DNA of 64,000 bases. Origin: Eledone cirrhosa. Taxonomy: Eukaryota. The translations under genes and the position numbers were made by a program. Of this stretch, positions 51,531 through 64,000 are shown one piece after another. Location: positions 30,442,001-30,506,000 of the forward strand of contig OZ024748.1 of assembly GCA_964016885.1 (NCBI GenBank), given 5' to 3'. Positions within the stretch are counted from its first letter, which is position 1. Each line of letters opens with the position of its first letter. The notes under the pieces are model-generated. The model did not search any database, was not told where the DNA came from, and saw only the letters and a list, made by a program, of their open reading frames with translations.

Positions 51531-52983
51531 TCATCGTTTTATCCGACCATCGTATATGCACTTCTTATATCTTTTGTTTTTCACATGAGGCACCACCATT
51601 ATTGCTACATTATCCACAGCTGACATTTTTTGGCACTATTGGCCTCATTTGTGTTCCTTGACACATTGTGGGCTTATCTGGGATCTTAGAATAATGTTGA
51701 AATGCTTCTTGAAAACATCTATATTCACACCAAGAAGATCTTGTAGATTTTTGGCTGCATATTAAAGAGTTGGGTGCCCTTGAATCCCAAGCTATTGCAT
51801 CATCTGGTCCTTACTCTAGATGTGGATGATGGGACTTTTGGAACTAAGCAGTAATATTGTGTGCAGGGTGGTTGCTCTATTCTCAATGCCAAAATTTGTA
51901 GAATTTTAATTCTTTCACAACAACACCATAACAACAATAACAACAAAACCCCAACAACACCATAACAACAACTGTAGCACACACATATCGAAGAAAGTTA
52001 AATAAACTTTGATTGATTCAAGATATGGACAGAGCAATTGTTTGAGAACAACTGTTTCATGCACAGGCATGAACATGCAATATACCTGTTGTGGGTGCAA
52101 CATGAATATCACCAAGGTAAGGATGTACTTCACTGCACATTTTGAAAAGAAAATCAAAAGACACTAATCAGGTTCATTAATGATCAGTTGTTATTGAGAT
52201 CAATAATAACAACTGTACTGTATTTAACGCTTAACATCCTGTACCAGATAAAGCTGCAAGACAGACTTAAAAATTACAAGTCAGGACTATGACTGCATGA
52301 ATTTAGTCCTTTTGATAGCAACTTACATGAACCTACCCCTGCTTTTATGATGCAAAGCTGTTTATTTTAAAGTGTTTATAATTATTTACCTTTCATCATA
52401 ATTTTATGTAAAATCTTTTGTAAATTTACATTCCAAACACTGGCTTGATAATGGTTTATGATTTTAGCACAAGGCGGAGGGGAAAGTCGGTTAAATTGAC
52501 TCAAGTACATTACTGGTACTTTATTTTATTGACCCCATAAGGATGAAAGGTAAAGTTAACCTCGGTGGGATTTGAACTCAGAATCTAAAGAGACGTAACT
52601 CTTTGTCACAAAGCATGTTTTCCAACACTCCACCTATACTTCCAATCCTCTGCTGAATAGTGTGAAAAGTTAGTTATATTAAGAAATATCTCCAAATTCT
52701 TGTTTATTTTCAAAATTATTTGAAAATCATAAGCAGTGCATTTCATTAGAATAAAACTGTTAAAAATTAAAGACTCTGCTTCAGCTAACTGTAAATTTTC
52801 AGTGATCTGTCCACTAGTAAAGGTACTGTAAACATTTGAATTAACTTTTACTATTTTCTGCTAAATACTTATGTAACGTTAAGATTTACTGATTGTAGAC
52901 ACACGTATAGCTGAATGTTTAAGAAATTTACATTGCAAGTATAAAGTACTAAGTTTGATTCCACTGCAGGTTGGGCAAGTGTC

Positions 52984-53096
52984 ATTGTAAGTGTAACACA
53001 AGCCTTGTAAGTGTAACACAAGTCTTGTAAGTGTAACACAAGCCATGTAAGTGTAACACAAGCTTTGTAATGTAACACAGCCTTGTAAGTGTAACC
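52984..53096. repeat. 20-bp minisatellite
   Basis: ttgtaagtgtaacacaagcc units. Confidence 0.9.
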
Positions 53097-53104
53097 CATA
53101 CTTT

Positions 53105-53400
53105 AATGGATGTGTCATACATGAATGACAAAGCGTAAACAATGAGCTGAGAGAGAAATTCAGCATAAGAGGGGATCAGATGCAGTGTGCAGGAGCGGAA
53201 ATTGCGTTGGTATAGACATGTGATGCATATGAAGGATAACAGCTGTATAAAAAGGTTTAGAGCGCCCAAAGTTGATGGAAGCTATGGAGTGGGAAGACTT
53301 GGGATGAGATGATAAAAGCCGACCTTGCCCAATTGCACAGGATTGTGACCTCTGGCACTATGCAGTAATACAGAAGATCCGCGTTCCCATATGCAGGGAC
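53105..53400 (+). mobile_element. RTE 3' fragment
   Basis: Degenerate ..IRGIRCSVQERKLRWYRHVMHMKDNSCIK.. Confidence 0.75.
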
Positions 53401-53867
53401 TGAGGCATACATCTAATATGCACCACCTTTCTCATACATCTCCCACATTGTTATCACCGCACCCCTAGATCTACCTCCCCATGCATCTCCCCCACCCAAT
53501 CTACACAATAAAGTGGTCATCTTGGTGCCACGACAATGAGCACCTAGTCCACACTGTAAAGTGGTTGTGTAGGTGTCACAACAAAAAGTGCCAGTCCACA
53601 CTGTAAAGTGGTTGTGTAGGTACCATGACAAAAAGCACCCAGCCCACACTGTAAATGTGGTTGGTATTAGGAAGGGCATCCAGCCATAGAAACAAAGTCA
53701 AAATCAGTACTGTGTGGGCAAAACATGGTCCTCCAACCTGGCTTATCTCACAACGGGACACTTGTCTAACTCATGCTAGCGTGGAAAAGTTCTAATGCTT
53801 ATAACAAATATTTTATTTACAGTTGTATGAATAACATTATAAATATGTTTTAAATATATACATAAAT

Positions 53868-54050
53868 AATTGTTTCTACTTTTGGCACAAGGCCAGCAAT
53901 TACCCAGTGTATTACTGGTACTTTATTTTATCGACCCCATAAGGATGAAAGGCAAAGTTAACCTCGGCGGGATTTGAACTCAAAATGGCAAGGGCCGTAA
54001 CTCTATGCGTCAAAGCATGGCGTCCGACCCTCTACCGATACTGCCAATCC
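53868..54050 (-). mobile_element. tRNA-derived SINE with Nin/Deu-like domain (young copy)
   Basis: Head ggattggcagtatcggtaga..gagttcaaatc, body gcctttcatccttatggggtcgataaaataaagtaccag; near-identical to 60655-60840. Confidence 0.82.
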
Positions 54051-55701
54051 AATAAATAATATTGCAAATAACATTATAAATGCATAAATAACATTAGAAA
54101 TTGATCGCAATTTGTTCAGAACATTACAATGTCATCGATAAACAAAAATATGATGCCGTATGTCATTATGTTGCCCCCTACGATTCCTTCAGGAGTTAAG
54201 GGACCATGAATATTAAGTTATATCAGGCTCCTCCTTTGACACTATTGACCCCTTCATGGAATCCTTAACCCCTTAATCCTTACCAGACAAATAAATAAAT
54301 AAACCAGTAAACAGAATATAAAACAAATAATGGTTTGATTTAGACACAAGACCAACAATTTTGAGGGCGGGGAAAGTCGATTAAATCGACCTCAGTGTGT
54401 AACTGGTACTTTATTTTATCGACCCATGTAAGGATGAAAGTCAAAGCTAATCTCAGAGGTATTTGAAATCAGAATACAAAGGGCCATAACTCCATACTGT
54501 GAAGCATGGTATCCAACACTTTACTGATACTGTTAATCCCAAATAATAAACACAAATTATAAATTAGAAAGCTGTATAAGCAAGTTGTATTTTAGTGTAT
54601 TATTTTATTTATTCTCATTTCTCATACAGATGTCAGGTTTTTGGCCCCCAAAAGTTCAATTACCTCTACATGTGGTCCCATTGATCCATGGGAATCAATA
54701 GCAACTATCTCTTAACATCCTGTAATGATTTAGTAGAAAATATCTAAAAATGGATTTGTTAATTCAAATGTTTATAGCATCTTTACTAGTGGACAGATTG
54801 TCATAGAAATTAGTATTAAAGTCTTCCAGGACAGTCAGAGGCATGGTATATCTGGTTGTTGAATCTATGGACCACTACTAAATGTTGTACTATAACCAAA
54901 CACATATTTGGTAACATAATTCTGAATTCAAATATTGCCAAATCATACCACCACAAAAACCTGATTGTGTACTTCCAAGCCAAATAAAGGACTTTGGGTG
55001 GGGGTTAAGGAAGAGGTGCTAAAATCACAGCACAATCAACAAAACTATTTGATCCTGCCTTCTTTTGGCATTAGTTATCAACAAATCACAATTCAACAGA
55101 AAAAAATTCAAACAAAACAAGAATTTCTTATGACTTGACAATTTTTTATAAGTAACAATACTGTCAATTGAATTAATAATAAACCAGTTTATAACTGGTA
55201 TCATCATCATTGTCCTTTTAATGTCCACTTACCCTGCTAGCAAGGATTGGACAAATATATTCAACATTACTCTAGTAGAGCAGAGCATAGATTCGATATA
55301 TGGCCCAGCACACATTGCTTACACCACTCTTAATTTGAATAGGTACACTGTATCTTTGCAAATTGTAAGAGGTGATTAAAAGGGTAGGCATCAAGAAAGG
55401 CATCCGACATTCAAACAATGCTTCAAAAAAAAAAAGGACCCCATGATGTATATAAAGCATGTTATGAGGGCCTACACTAGGGAAAATGGTTGTAGTTATT
55501 TCATCAAAGAAAATAACTACAGTTTAACTTTCAGTATATTACTAGCAGAATGGCCCGGCGTTGATCAGGAGTTGCTCTAGGGTTCTTATATATTTGATAT
55601 ATATTTATCCTTATCGAGCCTCAGGAAATAAATGTTTCTTTATTATGTTATTGTGTATGCAAAAATATCTGTACAAGAAATATATAATTATATATATATA
55701 T

Positions 55702-56025
55702 GGAGGCACATGGCTTAGTGGTTATCGAAAGGTTGTGAGTTCAATTCTCAGACCGGGTGATGTGTTGTTTCCTTGAGCAAGACACTTTATTTCACATTGC
55801 TCCAGTTTACTCAGCTGTAGAAATGAGATGATAGAGACTGGGGTCCCTATCATTCCACTGCAAAGTGGTCGTGGAGGTGCCACGGCAAAAAAGCACCCAG
55901 CACTCACTGTAAATGAGGTTGGTGTTAGGGAGGGCATCCAGCTGTAGAAATCAAGCCAGAATCAGTTCCCATCCCACCCTTGCAAGCAGGGAAAAGCGGA
56001 CGTAAAATGAAATGAAAAAAATGAA
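55702..56025 (+). mobile_element. Second copy of the CORE-RTE SINE (anticodon arm deleted)
   Basis: Near-identical to 20421-20769. Confidence 0.88.
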
Positions 56026-56048
56026 ATATATATTAAAATAACAGATTA

Positions 56049-56100
56049 AAGATTAAGCAAAGAATCGCTGCTTTCACCCTTAACGGGATCTTCTGAAACT
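56049..56100 (-). ncRNA. Hammerhead-like fold with CAGAAGA core variant, downstream of mARC stop
   Basis: agttt-CAGAAGA-tcccgttaagggt-GAAA-gcagcgattctttgc-TT-aa. Confidence 0.45.
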
Positions 56101-56158
56101 AAAAAAAAAAAATCAATCTGTGAACGCAGAAGTAAATATTTCGAGAAACGTTACACAC

Positions 56159-56191
<33 letters not shown>

Positions 56192-56676
56192 TATATATAC
56201 ATATATACACACACACAGATAGCGATGTCATAATGTCGTAATGCAGACAGCCAGACATACAGACAGATATTATAAGGGTGCAACATTATATCTATGTATC
56301 TATCTAAAAAGAAAGACTAAGAATTATAAAGAGAGATCGCTAAATTGCGTAATGCAGTTCCTAGGGCATTGAAAATTTGAAATTTAGAAAATTAGAAAAT
56401 TTGTAATTTGAAATTTGCTCAAAACACTCACAGGACCATAAGTATTACATGTGTAAAGTTTGAAAACAATTGGTTGGGTGGTTCTCGAGTTTATAGATAT
56501 TACATACCGGGATAAAACAGTCATTTAATTAAGAATTCTATTATCATTTGCAACTAACTACACAAAATTTTAATATAATGTTAAAGAATATAGCATTTAT
56601 TTTATTTTATTTATACATATATATTTTTCTTCATAGATTCGTTTTCGATAACAAATATATAAAAATATTAGGATTT

Positions 56677-56785
56677 TTATTTCCGAAAAGCATACACTGG
56701 ATCTCCAACTTGAATCCATCCCTCGGTATCAGGAGAGATCATAATACCAAAATTTGGGGTCTTCGTTCCATGAGGCGCCCGGAAA
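56677..56785 (-). CDS. MTARC: mARC last coding exon
   Basis: ttcaatag|..[35 protein letters not shown]. Confidence 0.9.
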
Positions 56786-59700
56786 CTATTGAAAGAAGAT
56801 ATAAAATATATATAGAGAGAGAGAGCCAGGCAGGCAGATATATACAGTATATATACAGAGAGAGAAGAGACAGGGAGAAAGAGGTGGGCATTGAGAGAGA
56901 GTGAGTGAGGGAGAGGGAGTAGGAGGTACATAAAAAAAATGTTCATTGTGACTTAGAGGTTTCACTAAAGAGTCCTATCAAACAGTAAACTGTAATATAT
57001 TACCTTATATATATATAGAGAGAGAAATATTGGATTTAGGTGGGTTTAGCAGCAGAATAGTTCTTCATACCTGAACAGGTGTAAATATTTGGTTACTTCA
57101 ACAGTTCTTGTAACCTGCAGTCATTGGGGTGCTTTGGGTGTCTTGCAACTGTGACCCAACTAAAGTTGATGAAGCCTCAACCTGTGTCCATGTGGTCACT
57201 TTATGACTGTCTTCCCATGTCACTTATTTTTCAATCAGACCCATCTGCTACTCCCTGCTCACTCCCCACAACACATCATCATCTTTTTCATGCTATATAT
57301 ATTTTACATAACACTATCTGGAGCTCCTCGCTTAGAGGGGACACTAAATGGCACAGCCAAACACACTACAGTGCAATAACTATAAAACTATTAACAAACC
57401 TTACTTAGGTATGCAGGTGATGAACTTCATCAGGCTGCAGCCATCCTCGTCACCTGCTTTCCCCTCCACCTCTCTCTATACACATTCAGGTACACACATC
57501 TATACATATGTACCTATATAGATATACTGTATATCCTCATACATAAGCCAAGAAATATGTGGTATTAAAAAATCGGTAAAATGGGGGATGGACTTATATT
57601 CAAAGTCAATATTTTGCTGATTTTTACCAACTTCAAAATTTTATGTAAATGAAGTGCTAAAATATTTTCAAAGGTGAATATTACACCGGTTCTACTTTCA
57701 ATGTGAAATTCATTTTTGATGTGTTTTGGATGAATGCGGCCATCAGAACAGTTGGAAATTGGCAAAAAGTCATTATGTAATAGAGTTGTAAAATAAAAAT
57801 CATACACTAAATGACACTTAAAACATTTTAAATATGAAAAAATTAAAACTTCATAAGTATATTCTCTATTCATAAGAATTTCAAAACTGTGCCATCTAAA
57901 CATAATGTGTTGATTTGGCTTATAAACAGGGTTTGGATTTTTGCTCATTTGTCAGACATAAAATAGGGGTCAGCTTATACTGGAGCATATATGGTAACTG
58001 TTTGTAGCCAGTTTAGAATAGGTGCACCACATTCCTGCATATTGTAAGAAGTGATTAAAAGGGTTGATGTCAGGAAGGGCAACTGACTGTAAAACACTGC
58101 ATCCAAAAATCACATCTAACCCATGCCAGTATAGAAAAGTTGACACAAAATGATGATAATAATTTATAAAGATATAAACGTGCATATCCAGTTTAGAATA
58201 GGTACACTGTATCCTTGCAGAAGTAACTAAAAGGTGTGGTGTCAGGAAGGGCATCAAACTGTAAAACATTACCTCAAAAAATCCAACACATGCCAATATG
58301 GAAAAGTTGACTTAAAAATGATGATGATAAATATATATATATATCACCATGCTCATTTTCCCAAGCTAGCATGGGTTAGACAAGTTGTCCCCATTGTGAA
58401 ACAAGCTAGATCAGATGACCATGTCTTGCTCATACAGAACTGATTTTGGCTTGGTTTCTACGGCTGGATGCTCTTCCTAAGGCTAACTACAATTACAGAG
58501 CAGACTGGGTGTTTTTTATCATCATCATCATTGTCGTCATCGTTTAACGTCTATCTTCCACGCTAGCATGGGTTAGACTATCATAATATATAAATATATA
58601 CCTCTGTAATGTTTTAAAGGGTTCTCCTGTAGGATCTTTCACTCCAGCATTTGGTTCAACTGTTGGAAGCATGCACCTGAATGGGGAAAAATAAAATAAT
58701 ATATGAGATTTTATTGTTTTTTAAATCAAAACATTGAATAAGACACATACAGATATGTCAGGGGAAAATATTGCTTTCTTTGTCAATATAGTTAAATCTT
58801 TACATCTTTCTTATCAACAGTTTTATATGTTCTTTTTATTGAACTCCTCAGTACACAACCACAATAAAGTTGTTGGTGTTAAACATATATTCTTAATGTA
58901 ATTCTCAGGTAAATTCAGCATGGCACAGTCCATGACAAAGGCAACAAAGATATAGCCCATCTTGTAGTGCATATGGCTGAATAGTCCAGAAACATGTTTA
59001 ACTTTATAACTCTCAGGGAGACTCAGCATGGTAGTGTGTGACAAGGCTAGCCCTTTGAATTACAGGTACAGACCATCTTGTATGAGAGTGTGAGTGGCTG
59101 AGTATTCCACAAACAAGGCACAGTGTGTGACAAGGATATCTCCATCAATTAGATCCAGACTTTCAAACAATTTCAGTCTACCATAATTTTATTCCCATGG
59201 CTTGGGTTGACCTAAGGCTATGATAAAAGAGCCTCGCCCAAGATTCCACATAATGGAACTGAACTCAGAACCTCCTGATTGTGAAGTAAACATCTTAACC
59301 ATACAGCCAAGCTGTGTGTCTGCCAAATACTCAGAAATTTAAACAGCCATTGATTCTACTACAGTGTATTGATCTCATAGAAATAGTAACCAAATCTCAC
59401 TAAAATCACACCCTACAATCTTAAAAAAAAAGGAAAGATACATTAAATAATGTAGTCTGAGATACACCACACCTGAAAATAAGATGAAATGGTCATGATT
59501 GGAATGCTTTTAGTCATCATAGATTTGCTTGACCGAGGATTTGGGGCCAAACAACAGCAGTAGACGTGTGTGTCAAAAGGGGTATCTCTGACAGTCAGTC
59601 TCAGTATGTCGTCATATTAACACCGTTTAAAGCAAGCAGGGATGATTGTTTATGTCCTGCACAAACAATATGTCCCACAGCTAGCCAGTTCAATGAAGAT

Positions 59701-62700
59701 CATTGGTTTATAGCATACTTTAAATAACAAAGTATGGATTGGCATTAGAAAAAGAATTTGGCTCTAGAAAGACTGCAACAAAAAGGTATTTTCTAACCCA
59801 TGCCAGGCAGGGAAAAGAGGATGTAAAACTGACAATGATAATGATGATAACATGGAACTATGTGGCCTAGTGTTGGACTTACGATCATCATGTTGTGGGT
59901 TCAATTCATACTGCTCCAGTATACTCAACTGAAAATGAGTACCAGGAGTAGCTGGGGGTTTAACCCTGTGATGGACTAGCATCCTTTCTAGGGGGAAGTA
60001 TTGTACTCTCAGTCATTTCACACCACGGAAACAGGGATAAGCACCAGACTTATGAGGCTGGGCTTAAGACAGACTTTAAAAAAATTAACCCATGCGAAGC
60101 AGGGAAAAGAGGATGATAATGATGATGATGATATGTGCAATAATTACCTGCTACATGGTTCTATGTAATGAAATGTTACATTTTTACCAATTCGAATCTC
60201 ATCCCAAGTGTCCTGAAGAAGAAATAGAAATTACATGATAATTCTTTCTGATATAGGTACAAGGCCAGCAATTTAGGGGAAGGAGAAAGTACTTTATTTT
60301 GTTGATCCTGCAAGGATGAATAGTCAAGCTGACTCTGGTAGGATTTGAACTCAGAACATAAAGACATGGAATAAATACCACTTGGTCGAATGATTCAGCT
60401 AATCCCCTACCCTGTTTTAATAAAATAATGGTTTCTGATTAAGGCACAAGGCCAACAATTTTGGGGGAGGGAAAAATCAGTTATATCAACCCCAGTGCAT
60501 TACTGGTACTTTATTTTATCAACCCTGTAAAGATGAAGAGCAAAGCTAGCCTCAGCAATATTTGACTCAAAACATAAAGGACGTAACTACATGCCACAAA
60601 GCATGTTGTCCGGTGCTCTATCGATACTGGCAATCCACCATGTTTTAAGGTAATAATAATTGTTTCTACTTTTGGCACAAGGCCGGCAATTACCCAGTGC
60701 ATTACTGGTACTTTATTTTATCGACCTCGTAAGGATGAAAGGCAAAGTTAACCTCGGCGAGATTTGAACTCAGAATGGTAAGGGCCGTAACTCTATACGT
60801 CAAAGCATGGCGTCCGACCCTCTACCGATACTGCCAATCCACGTGACAAATGTTAGACTAAGACAGTGACTGTATGTAAGACAGAATGTGACAAATGTTA
60901 GATTAAGACAGTGACTATATGTAAGACAGAATGTGACAAATGTCAGACTAAGACAGTGACTATATGTAAGACAGAATGTTTCAGATCTTAGACTAAGATA
61001 GAATGAGACAAATGTTAGACTAATGCAGCAATTAAATGTAAGATTAAATGTGACGAAGATAGAGACTAAAAATGAGACTAAATTTTCAGTGAAATAATTT
61101 TGAACAAACCTCGTCAAAAGCCATACATCCTTCAACGAGAATGTTGGGTCGGAAGTTATAAACAGTTACTTCTTTATCAATTCGGCTGTTAATGTCATCA
61201 ATTGATGCTTGCGAGAGAAGATGGTAGGGTGAACTGTCTTGGTAGACACACTGAAACAGAAAACAGATGAATCAGATACATTGAGGGTGAATGGTCAACT
61301 TATAGGATTAGTGATCAACATATAGGGACAGTATTTTTGGTGCAAGCTTAGTGGGTGGTCTACCACAATATTTGTAATCGATGCTGTATGACAAGTCATG
61401 TCTATTAGGTTAGGGTTAGGGTTTGGGTTTGGATTAAGGTTTGGGTTAGGGTTAGCTTTTGTAGTTATGTGATAATGATGATTTTGATGATGGTGGTGGT
61501 GATGACAATGATGTTGATGATGATGATAGTGGTGGTGGTGATGACAATGATGTTGATGATGATGATAATGGTGGTGATGATGACAGTGATGTTGATGATG
61601 ATGATGGTGGTGGTGGTGGTGATGATGACACTGATGTTGGTGATGATGGTGTGAAAATATTTGTCACCTGGGCTGTTTGTATTGAGGAATCATTTTGGGG
61701 TTTCACATATCTTTTTTCCAGATTGTCCCCTGAATAAACCATACGGTATCCATCTTTCTGTAGATAGTCACAGATCCATTGGGCAGCCTTATCCCCACAG
61801 TCTTGACCACTGATACCATTGCCCCACACACTGAAATGGTTGTTGCAAAAAGAAAAAGGAAAAAAACCTGAAGGATTTTGTAAAAAATATCAGTCAACCC
61901 CACCCCTACCATTATTACTGCCACCATCATCACTGCCACACCTTCACCATTACAATCACTACCAAAACCACCACCATCACAACCAAGGCCACAGCTATCA
62001 CCACTACCACCACCACTTCTGTTGCCACAAATTCACTACCTCAACTGCCCCAATACCACAACCACCACCACCACCATCACTACTATAAACAGGAGTCAAA
62101 GTGTTTCTATAAGTAGACATACAGTCAGCCACCTAGATAAAACATAGGTCAACAAGCCACTTGATAAACACCTAATAATCCCCATTTTTTTAAAATAAAA
62201 ACAACAAACTGAATTTGAAAATCTGGTAATACTGGTGTTCTCTGTACAAGTCTTTTAGATCATTAGTATTGTTGCGGGAAAGTTTTTTATAATATTTGTT
62301 AAGATTGGTGTTATGAAACTTTCTCTTTTAGGTTGCTAGTGGTGTTGTGGGAAATGTGGGATCTGTTATAGTTGGTGTTGTGGGAAATGTGAGATCTGTT
62401 ATAATTGGTGTTGTGGGAAATGTGAGATCTGTTATAATTGGTGTTGTGGGAAATGTGAGATCTGTTATAGTTGGTTTTTGTGGAAAACTAGTTGTATGAT
62501 GCAAAGAAATATATTTTAAAGTGCTTATATTAATCAAGTAGTACAGGATGGTGTACAACTGCTAACAACAAAATGCTTTTCTCTCAGAGTGAAAGGTAGA
62601 CTGTATAATGGCTATGTACAAACTGCAATATTACATGGCAGTGAAACCTATGACTGCAGAAGACCTGTGGAGGCTAGAAAGAAATGAGTCAAGTATGCTC

Positions 62701-64000
62701 CAATGAATGTGCAATGTTAGTGTGCATGAGTGACATAGCATAAACTTACTGAGGGAAAAACTTGGCATATGAAGAATTGTTGTAGTGTGCAAGAGAGGAG
62801 ACTGAGTTGGTATGGCCATGTGATGTGCATGGAAGATGGCAGCTTCATAAAGAAATGCAGAGAAACCCCAGTGGCCAGGACCCATGGAAGAGGCAGACCC
62901 AGAAAGACATGGGATGAGATTGTAAGGATTGACCGTATAACAGAAATGACTAAAGACTGTGAGGGCTGGCGCAATGCAGTGGTGAAAAAGACCTGACCTG
63001 CAGCTTACAATGTGACCTGACCTACACACCCTAACAGTTATTATCAACCTCTTCCACTAGCACACCCTAACAGTTATTATCCCCCCCCCCCCCTGCACAC
63101 ACATGAATTCATTGCAGCCCCCACCTGTATCCCAGTGAAGTGATTGGTGATAGGAAAGGCTTTCAGCCATGGAGAACTTGCCAAGCAAACAAAGGGTCAA
63201 GAGGACCCTTCAGTCGTGTCATGAACATGACAGCTACCCTAATGTTGGTGATCTACATGATAAACATACCTAGTACATGCTGTAAAGTGATTGGTGATAG
63301 GAAGGGCATCCAGCCATTGAAAACTTGCCAGACAAAGGGTCAGGAGGACCCTCCAGTCATTTCAAGGGCATGACAGCCTACCTAGCATTGGTGATTTACA
63401 CAATAAACACACCCAGTAGATGCTGTAAAGTGGTTGGTGATAGGAAGGGCATCCAGCCATTGAAACTTGCCAAACAAAGGATTAGAAAGACTCTCAGTTG
63501 TATCAAAGGCATGACAACCTCTGCTGAGCAACTGATGGAACATGAGACTGTACATAAGCGAAACAGATCCCTGGCTTGCTTGGGAGATCAGTGGCTCTGC
63601 TTTAGTAAGGACTTGGTCTATATAGTCCTGTCCAAACCTTGCTAGCAGGGAAAGCAGATGTGAAAACGACAATGATGTTGATGATGATCATATATATACA
63701 TATATATATATACACACACACATACATACATACACACACACACATATACATATTTGTGTGTCTCCGAATCTTTGTTTATGTCTCACAACTTAGCAGTTTA
63801 ATAAAACGAGATCAATAAAATAAGTACCAGACTTAAAAAAAAAAAAAAAAAATAAGTCCTGGGTTTGATATTATCGACTAAATTTTTCAAGGTGATGCCC
63901 CAGTATGGCTGCAGTCTAATGACTGAAACAAGTAAAAGAATAATAAAAGAATACCTGCATGAAAGAATATTTTTCTTCTGAATATCTGGTTTCTTGGGCA
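56677..64000 (-). CDS. MTARC: Mitochondrial amidoxime-reducing component (MOSC domain, MTARC1/2-like), 5'-partial; complement(join(56677..56785,58602..58676,60148..60212,61110..61250,61668..61830,63955..>64000))
   Basis: Spliced product ..[88 protein letters not shown] carries the mARC motifs (NFRPNI, Moco-ligating CSRC, IxVGDPV). Intron positions match those I recall for vertebrate MTARC1. Confidence 0.93.
58602..58676 (-). CDS. MTARC: mARC exon (Moco-ligand Cys)
   Basis: ttcag|..[24 protein letters not shown]..|gtatat; phase 2/2. Confidence 0.9.
59855..60070 (+). mobile_element. tRNA-head SINE with partial CORE and ctgtgatggactagcatcc..gaaacagggataagc body
   Basis: A/B-box-like head followed by a 3' body common to metazoan SINEs. 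Confidence 0.6.
60148..60212 (-). CDS. MTARC: mARC exon
   Basis: cttcag|[21 protein letters not shown]..|gtaatt. Confidence 0.9.
60250..60840 (-). mobile_element. Three tandem Nin-domain SINE copies in an mARC intron
   Basis: Repeated aaggccagcaatt..ggtactttattttatc..ggatgaa..gatttgaactcag blocks at ~60250, ~60440 and ~60660. Other copies at ~7505, 21680, 35710, 36560, 37825, 38525, 52460, 54340, 63800. Confidence 0.82.
60843..60980. repeat. 45-bp minisatellite
   Basis: gtgacaaatgttagactaagacagtgactatatgtaagacagaat x3. Confidence 0.9.
61110..61250 (-). CDS. MTARC: mARC exon
   Basis: tttcag|[47 protein letters not shown]|gtttgt. Confidence 0.93.
61405..61454 (+). repeat. Degenerate interstitial telomere-like (TTAGGG)n
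   Basis: ttaggttagggttagggtttgggtttggattaaggtttgggttagggttag. Confidence 0.75.
61668..61830 (-). CDS. MTARC: mARC exon
   Basis: tttcag|..[32 protein letters not shown]..TAQ|gtgaca. Confidence 0.9.
62340..62475. repeat. 33-bp minisatellite
   Basis: tggtgttgtgggaaatgtgagatctgttataat x4. Confidence 0.9.
62570..63000 (+). mobile_element. RTE 3' fragment (mARC intron)
   Basis: ..VQERRLSWYGHVMCMEDGSFIKKC..GRGRPRKTW.. Confidence 0.85.
63955..64000 (-). CDS. MTARC: mARC exon, 3' end (continues beyond window)
   Basis: ..PKKPDIQKKNILSC AG|gtattc; phase 2 matches the next exon. Confidence 0.75.

Noticed and set aside
57565-57948. 127-aa ORF in the last mARC intron (and a ~55-codon frame at 40285-40455)
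   Set aside because: No recognisable motif or splice support; likely chance frames in old transposon debris.

Overview
AT-rich, microsatellite- and transposon-dense eukaryotic DNA. The repeat content (RTE LINEs, CORE- and Nin-domain SINEs, Penelope relics) suggests an octopus/coleoid cephalopod, which is an inference. Three spliced protein-coding genes were reconstructed by hand with phase-consistent GT-AG junctions: (1) the 3' ten coding exons of ZC3H3 (+, <1..9667); (2) an unrecognised 3-exon, ~464-aa disordered 'orphan' gene (-, 42713..16680) convergent with ZC3H3; (3) the 3' six coding exons of an mARC/MOSC-domain molybdoenzyme (-, >64000..56677). The orphan's 19.5-kb intron holds a nearly intact RTE LINE (APE + RT + PHD-like finger, one frameshift), tandem non-autonomous RTE derivatives and several hammerhead-ribozyme motifs. 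The best leads are a family of minimal type I hammerheads with compensatory base changes (plus U4A core variants), a hAT element resembling primate MER1/Charlie3 with its TSD, the orphan gene, and a network of RTE-derived bipartite elements and SINEs. No rRNA, true tRNA gene or CRISPR array was seen. Most ORFs in the supplied track are microsatellite or antisense artefacts.
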